Positions 58,257 through 64,000 of a stretch of 64,000 nt of DNA are shown here, piece after piece (the first letter of the stretch is position 1; each line of letters begins with the position of its first letter). A model generated the notes under the pieces. The model made no database searches and had not been told where the DNA came from. It saw only the letters and a list, made by a program, of their open reading frames with translations. The DNA comes from an uncultured Oscillospiraceae bacterium. GTDB taxonomy: Bacteria > Bacillota > Clostridia > Oscillospirales > Oscillospiraceae. Location: positions 10,871-74,870 of the forward strand of contig CAJUPU010000007.1 in assembly GCA_910588495.1 (NCBI GenBank), read 5' to 3'. The translations under genes and the position numbers were made by a program.

Positions 58257-59463
58257 TTTCCTGCTCTATGGTTCTCCCATCTTCCAAAATTGCACGTGCC
58301 ACAGGAGTAAATACTGGGTCAAAGGCTCCTTGTTCCATGTGCTTTTGGAGGGATGCCAGGTAGGCGGCGCTCCTGGCAGAGCCGCTGTTCCGATATGCAC
58401 AGTAATCCTCCAGTCCCATCCGATATGGTTCGAGAGCAGGAAAAACAAACTGTTTCAGCCGCGTAAACATGAGAAAGCCGCCCAAGTCAATATCTCCCCA
58501 GAACGCCACTTTCGCCGAGGCTGTGAGACCAGAGGACAGCAATTTGAAAAGCTGCCGTCTAGTTGGTGAATAGAATCCGCCGTGCAGAATCACTAATTGA
58601 TGGGCGGGGACACCTCGCAGAAGTATGTGACGGTAGTTGGTCCTGTTTTCTACAAACAAAACCGTGTGAATATCATCCAGTCCGATTTTCAACAGGCCGT
58701 CTAAATTTTCGGACTGCAGGCAGAAGCCCTTCGGGAAAGGTGATGTATCCAGTGTGGACTGCGCAAAAAACAGCTGCACACTGCCGCAGAACTCAAAGAT
58801 TTCCGGGTAGGTCAGGATACCGAGTTGGGCCAGTGCCGCGCTTTGAGACAGCAGTTCTTCATCTGCTGTCCGGTAATTTGCCAGTTCCGGGTCATAGGCT
58901 CTAACAATAGACGATAGCGATGAAAGCAGATTTCGCTCCAGATATTTAGAATCGTGAAAGCAATTTACACTGATCACCCGCATCAGCTCCGGTCCCTCCT
59001 CCGTATATTGCAGGACAGTAAGAATTCCCTTGACCTGCTCCATGGCTCCTGATAAAAGCCGAGAGGGACGGAGATTTTTTTCTATTCTGGACAGTTCCTC
59101 ATCTAAAAAGCGGAGCTTCCACGGCGTCTGGATCTGTGCTTTAGCCTGTCGAAGAAGCTGACATAGCAGATCGGCGGTATCGGCAATCGATGTTCGACCA
59201 GTCCTGGTATAGATCTGTGGCAAGGAGTCCAGATTTAGAAAAACCTTATCCAGCAGCCAACCCTCATAGCCTTTCCTCCAGGCAGAAGTGACAAGCCTCT
59301 CCGCAGTCAAACGCTCAACGGCAGCGTTTATTTCCGGCGTGCGGGGATCGTTCTCCCGATAGGGTGGATATTCTCCCCGTGACAGGGACAGAACTACACG
59401 CCTGTTAGATCGTTTTCCCGGCAGGCAGTGTCCGCTCCGCTCATAGCGGTCCAACAGCAGATT
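58225..59463 (-). pseudogene. jetD: Wadjet JetD-like Toprim nuclease, 5' end lost
   Basis: LLLDRYERS, FHDSKYLE, VENRTNY, HGGFYS, WGDIDLGG and IEQE. The native start is replaced by intron-derived sequence. Confidence 0.75.
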
Positions 59464-60017
59464 CCCAATCAACGGAGTGAAAACTATGCCGCCTATGTGC
59501 TTCTCCCCTGATATTTGCAATTACTCTGAAAAGGGACGGGCTAAAATCCATGAGCTGCAAAAGGCAATCAACCCTATCATCCTGCAAAAGCTCATGGAGC
59601 ACCCCATACAGGGGCAGAGTACCGAACTGAACGACAACCGCATTTCCCTTTATGTCGCCCAGCGCGGAAAATGTGCCATTTGTAAAGAACCCCTGCTGTT
59701 GGGGGATATGGAAGTCCACCACATCATGCCAAAATCCAGCGGCGGAAAGGACAACTATTCCAATCTGGCGCTGGTAACGGGGGATGTTCATAAGCTCATC
59801 CACGCAACCGACCCGGTAATCATCCAAAAATATCTTGATAAGCTGAAACACTGCAAGCTCAACATGGCGAAACTCAATAAATTCCGGCTGTTGGCTGGCA
59901 ACTGTAAACTCGAATATAGGTAAACATTGATGGGGCGCCGTGTGATGGGAAACTATCACGCACGGTGCTAAGCGGGGGAAAAGCCGGAGATTACTTCAAA
60001 CGCTTACCTATCGCAAA
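59462..60017 (+). mobile_element. 3' remnant of a group II intron (end of the intron-encoded protein with HNH, domains V and VI)
   Basis: CAICK...VHHIMPKSSGGKDNYSNL. Domain V GCGCCGTGTGATGGGAAACTATCACGCACGGTGC at 59935-59968. Domain VI ends ACCTATCGC. Confidence 0.88.
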
Positions 60018-61185
60018 AGATCTACGAGAGTGTGTCCGCTTTTTTGAAGGAGCAGGGCTATGAGGTGCGGATGTTCGATCTGCTGGACATGGCCAACAGC
60101 GACGCCTGGAACTGCCTCAGCGAGATCGAGAAGGACAAGGACCTGGTGCAGTCCATCGCGGAGGTCGTCATCAAAAACACCTCCAACGCCAACGAGCGGC
60201 AGGACTTCTGGGAAAAGGCGGAGCTGAATCTGCTCATGGCGCTGATGCACTACGTTGCCTCCCAGACCATCCCCGGCACCAAGGACCTGCTGCCCATCCA
60301 GCAGCGTTCCCTGGGGACCATCTACCGGATGCTGTCCAACGAGTCCTTTGCCGACCTGGAAAAGCGGTTTCAGGAGCTGCCGAAAGACCACCCGGCCCTG
60401 CCTCCCTACGGCATCTTCAAGCTGGCTAACCGGCAGATCTGGGGCAACATTGCCATCGGCCTGGGCAACCGCCTGTCCGTGTTCCAGAATCCCCTGGTGG
60501 ACAAGATCACCTCCTACAACGAGATTGATTTGACGCTGCCAGGGAAAAAGCCCTGCGCCTACTTCTGCTGCATCTCCGCCCAGGATTCCTCTCTGGAGTT
60601 TCTCAGCTCTCTGTTTTTCTCCCAGCTATTCACCCGGCTGATGGACTACGGCCGCAGGCATGGGGACCATGGGCGTCTGCCGGTGACGGTGAACGTCTGC
60701 CTGGAGGAGTTCTGCAACATCGGCAAGCTGATGGACTTCAAGCGGGTTCTCAATGTGTGCCGGGGCTCGGCCATCTTCTGCCAGATCATCGTCCAGTCCA
60801 TCCCCCAGCTCCAGGACCGCTACCCCAAAACCGAGTGGGAGGAGCTGATCGGCTGTACCGACATCCAGATCTGCCTGGGCTGCAACGACGTGGACACTGC
60901 CACCTACATCTCCAAAAAGTGCGGCATGGTGACCATCAAGGTGGAAAACAACCAAATGCCGCTGATGCCCCTGTTCTCCCCAGTCTACACCTCCACCCGG
61001 CCCTACAGCCAGACCAAGAGCAGCACCCAGCGTCCCCTCATGTACCCGGATGAGATCATGCGCATGGACAACCAGGAGTGCCTGGTGCTGCTGCGGGGCC
61101 AGAAACCCATGCGCCTCTATAAGATCATCCCGGACGAACACCCCAGCTTTGGACGGCTGCGGGATGTGAGGATGTCCGATTATGT
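60018..61185 (+). pseudogene. virD4: VirD4/TraG coupling protein fragment (3' exon, truncated by an IS)
   Basis: IYES...GYEVRMFDL...SDAWNCL, DFWEKAE, LEEFCNIG, QSIPQL and RPLMYPDEI. Confidence 0.85.
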
Positions 61186-61716
61186 ATGGTCGACCGGGCC
61201 AAGCTACCGCAGAAGGGCGCGCCCTTCCGGAGCATCGCCACAGTTCCCTGCGGACAACGCAAACACTACCTCATCCCGGTCAGATGCGGCGACCATATGA
61301 AGCTTGGTGTTCCATCCGCCCCGTGTCTTTCCGACGGACTGAGGGCCGTTTTTTTCAAAGCACCTGTGCCGTCCGGATGTACTTTAGATACAGGCGGAAT
61401 CCAGGCTCACAACATTCACTTGGATTTGGATGATTCCCATCTACTGCAAACGGACAAACGCTTCTTGTAGCACACTCTTTTTCGCCCAGCGGTTCACTCG
61501 GACATAGGTCACGTGCCAATTCTCGTATCCTTTGGGTAAGCCCTTCCATTTGCCCCCGTTCTCTACGAGATACAGCACTGCGTTTAATCCGTCCAAATTA
61601 CTGATTTTCGCTGGTTTCCTCTGCTTTGGAAAGTAGTCTTTGATTTTTTCATATTGATCCTTCTTTAGTTCCATTGACCCATTATATTATGTCCCTTTGC
61701 TTATGTAAACACTGCC
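61186..61716 (-). mobile_element. IS5-family remnant (5' half with left IR)
   Basis: MELKKDQYEKIKDYFP...NGGKWKGLP...RWAK. IR CTTATGTAAACACTGCC followed by TA. 61186-61340 is homologous to ~55065-55215. Confidence 0.8.
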
Positions 61717-61748
61717 TAATATCCCACAAAAAAAGGAGGGATAGACCT

Positions 61749-61933
61749 ATGAATAAGAAGGGTAGCACACATATAACCTGGAATGACATGCTGACTGTTA
61801 AACAGATGCTGAAAGTCAAAGGCACCAGGGCGAAAATTGTGCAGGCTATCGGCATTTGTGAGCGGACCCTTTATTATGAATTGGCAAGGGGAAATGTGTT
61901 CAGCAAACCAGCGATTATGAGTTTGTCGAGCGC
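61749..61933 (+). pseudogene. IS30-family transposase N-terminal HTH fragment
   Basis: HITWNDMLTVKQML...IGICERTLYYELARG. AAGGAGG RBS; cut by the IS5 element. Confidence 0.55.
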
Positions 61934-61935
61934 TA

Positions 61936-62779
61936 GAGTCTGTTTTAAAACTAAGGGATTGTGTGTAAAGTACCGACCTGATAAAATGGAGCACATGAAA
62001 AGACATGAAATCAGCGAAAAACAATGGAATAGGATCAAGGATTTGTTATCGCCAGAAAAGAAGCCGCAAGGAGGGCGGCCCGGAAGAAGCAACCGGGAAA
62101 TGCTCAACGCAATTCTGTATTGGCTGAACACCGGAATACCATGGCGGGATATACCGGAGCGGTTCGGGCCATGGCAGAGCGTGTACAGCCGGTTTCGAGC
62201 ATGGACAAAAGGCGGAGTATGGGAAGGTATCCTCGCAGCCCTGATTGGGCAGGATTTGGTGGACGAAACAACGCTGATGCTGGACAGCACCACAATCAAG
62301 GTCCACCAGCACGCCAGCGGGGCAAAAAAAGGGGTTATCACGAGGAAACCGGACGGAGCAGGGGAGGCTTGACCACAAAAGTCCATGCGGTAACGGATGG
62401 GCTTGGGAATCCATTACGCTTTTTGCTCTCCAACGGAAACCGAAACGATATCTGTATGGCAAAGGCTCTGTTGGAGCCTTTTGATTTGAATGGCAAACTC
62501 ATACTGGCAGATAAAGGCTATGACGGCGACAAGTTTGTACGTTGGTTGGAGGAACGGGGCGGAATTGCGGTAATTCCAAGCCGTATCATTGCCAAACATC
62601 CCAGAAAAATTGACTGGCATACTTACAAAGAACGCTATTTGGTGGAAAATCTGTTCCTTAAACTGAAAAACAACCGCCGCTTTCCCACCAGATATGAGAA
62701 GAAAGCACTCTATTTCCGGGCTGTTGTCTGCCTTGCCTGTATCCTTGGCTGGTTACTTTGACAGTTTTAAAACAGACTC
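61936..62779 (+). mobile_element. Apparently intact IS5-family insertion sequence
   Basis: Perfect IRs GAGTCTGTTTTAAAACT / AGTTTTAAAACAGACTC, flanked by TA within CTAG. Confidence 0.92.
61995..62761 (+). CDS. IS5-family transposase, OrfA/OrfB joined by a -1 frameshift
   Basis: TGIPWRDIPERFGPWQSVYSRF and LDST, slippery AAAAAAAG at 62324-62331, then GRSRGGLTTKVH, ADKGYD and YKERYLVENLF. Confidence 0.9.
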
Positions 62780-62849
62780 TAGCACTTGTCTGTTAGATTA
62801 TCGACATTGGGCCTGATTGGGTGCATCTTTTTTGTCAACGAAAAACACA

Positions 62850-62886
62850 TCGGGGCAAGCCATGAATCGCTTGCCCCGACTTTTTT
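62850..62886 (+). terminator. Terminator/REP-like hairpin
   Basis: TCGGGGCAAGC-loop-GCTTGCCCCGA-CTTTTTT. Confidence 0.55.
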
Positions 62887-63122
62887 AAGGTCAGGGCCCG
62901 CTCACTCCGTTGCCCCTCCTTTCCCCACAAAGCCAAAGACCGACTTTGCGGGGGCCCCGGTTCGGCGGGCCGGGAACGGCGGCTTTGCCGTGATGGTGCG
63001 GCTCTGATGTCGAAACGAAAGCGGAGGTCAAGGTGTAAAAGCCGTGGCTTCCGCCGTCTGATGCTTATTCAGTTTTGATTTCAGCCCGTTCTGCCGACAG
63101 CTCCGTTTTTTGTGGTAAAATA

Positions 63123-63155
63123 AGGGCTCCGACCCCCTTTGGGGGCCGGAGCCCT
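63123..63155 (-). terminator. Hairpin terminator after the dehydrogenase gene
   Basis: AGGGCTCCGACCCCC-TTT-GGGGGCCGGAGCCCT. Confidence 0.6.
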
Positions 63156-63175
63156 GCTATGCTCACAGATGTACG

Positions 63176-64000
63176 TTACTTCTTGTCGGTGTAATCGTAG
63201 AAACCCTTGCCGGTCTTGCGGCCCCACTCGTGTTTTTCGTACTTCTCCTTGATGATGTCATAGCCGTTGGGTTTAATCCCCGTCTCCTTCCACCGCGTGG
63301 TGCTGGACAGGTAATTCAGGTCGATGCCGGTAAGATCCAGCAGACGGAAGGGTCCCATGGGGTAGTTCAAGCCCAGTTCCACACCCAGATCCACCTCCTG
63401 CGGGGTGCACACTCCTTCGTCTACCAGATAGAAAGCCTCGTCCCGCAGGGCGCGCAGCACACGGTTGACCACAAAGCCCTCGATCTCCTTGTTCACGCGG
63501 ATAGGGGTCTTGCCGTTCACCACAGAGAACTCCACCAGCGTCTGCACCGTGTCGTCGGCGGTGTGCTCGCCCCGGACCACCTCAACGAGCTTCATGGCCA
63601 GCGCGGGGTTGAAGTAGTGAATATTGGCCAGACGGCCGGGGTTGGAGACACAGGCGATGAAGGTGGATGATGGCATCCAGCTGGAGTTGGAGGCCAAAAT
63701 GGCGTCCTCCGGGGCAATGGCCCCCACCTTTTTATAGAAGTCCAGCTTCACGTCCCGATCCTCCAGAATCGCCTCGATCACCAGCTGGGCACCCTCGGCG
63801 GCGTCTTTCAGCTCAGGGCACAGGTGGAAGCTGGCCTTGGCAGCGTCCGCCTGCTCCTGCGTGAGCTTGCCCTTGGCCACCCGGCCGGCCAGATACTCGC
63901 CGCTCCACTTCTCTACGGCGGCCAGCACATCGCCCATGCTATCGGTGAGATAGGTGTCAAAACCGTGGATCGCGGCGTTCAGCGCGATCTGACGGCCCAT
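63176..64000 (-). CDS. 3-hydroxyacyl-CoA (3-hydroxybutyryl-CoA) dehydrogenase; start lies beyond the window edge
   Basis: MGRQIA (end of GxGxMG), VIEAILE, ASNSS, HYFNP...LVEVV, GFVVNR, PMGP and GRKTGKGFYDY. Confidence 0.93.
   Translation of the reverse strand: MGRQIALNAAIHGFDTYLTDSMGDVLAAVEKWSGEYLAGRVAKGKLTQEQADAAKASFHLCPELKDAAEGAQLVIEAILEDRDVKLDFYKKVGAIAPEDAILASNSSWMPSSTFIACVSNPGRLANIHYFNPALAMKLVEVVRGEHTADDTVQTLVEFSVVNGKTPIRVNKEIEGFVVNRVLRALRDEAFYLVDEGVCTPQEVDLGVELGLNYPMGPFRLLDLTGIDLNYLSSTTRWKETGIKPNGYDIIKEKYEKHEWGRKTGKGFYDYTDKK

Larger units (their letters stand above)
41606..62850. mobile_element. Decayed genomic island (ICE/IME-derived mosaic) downstream of tRNA-Pro
   Basis: Compositional shift, ICE-type leading-region genes, serine recombinase and virD4 fragments, IS remnants. 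The right boundary is approximate and no attR was found. Confidence 0.7.

Noticed and set aside
61674..62372. Single 232-aa protein
   Set aside because: Accidental in-frame join of an IS end, an IS30 HTH fragment and IS5 OrfA.
62784..62970. attR duplication of the tRNA-Pro 3' end
   Set aside because: No copy of the tRNA 3' sequence was found, so the island's right boundary remains approximate.

Overview
High-GC, spore-forming Firmicute chromosome, probably Oscillospiraceae-like (inferred from spoVT/spoIIQ-like genes, SLH proteins and codon style). Bases 1-41.6 kb are mostly core or variable chromosome. They hold nagAB plus an RpiR regulator, an EF-G/TetM-like GTPase fused to an NYN/YacP RNase, recG, sporulation genes with sigmaF/G/K-like promoters, ferritin and a beta-helix repeat surface protein. 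They continue with a stand-alone flagellin plus FliB methylase, the TIGR03916/03915 pair, two signalling modules, a Vsr + BglII/BstYI-family nuclease + M.Sau3AI-like methylase cassette, hemW, a trmB-GNAT fusion and tRNA-Pro(TGG). Downstream of the tRNA lies a decayed island (~41.6-62.8 kb). Its first ~10 kb is a co-oriented array of acidic ArdA-like, LPD28 and DUF4314 proteins. Nearly all of these end in the same short tail (Q/E/P-rich linker, then G-M-x-M/F), a candidate C-terminal secretion tag for a set of conjugation-delivered anti-defence effectors; this is the most interesting signal in the window. The rest of the island is a mosaic of fragments: serine recombinases, orphan jetD, a group II intron 3' end in virD4, and IS30/IS5 pieces including one intact IS5-family element. 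No rRNA or CRISPR array was seen. Family assignments come from recognising motifs by eye; no searches were run.
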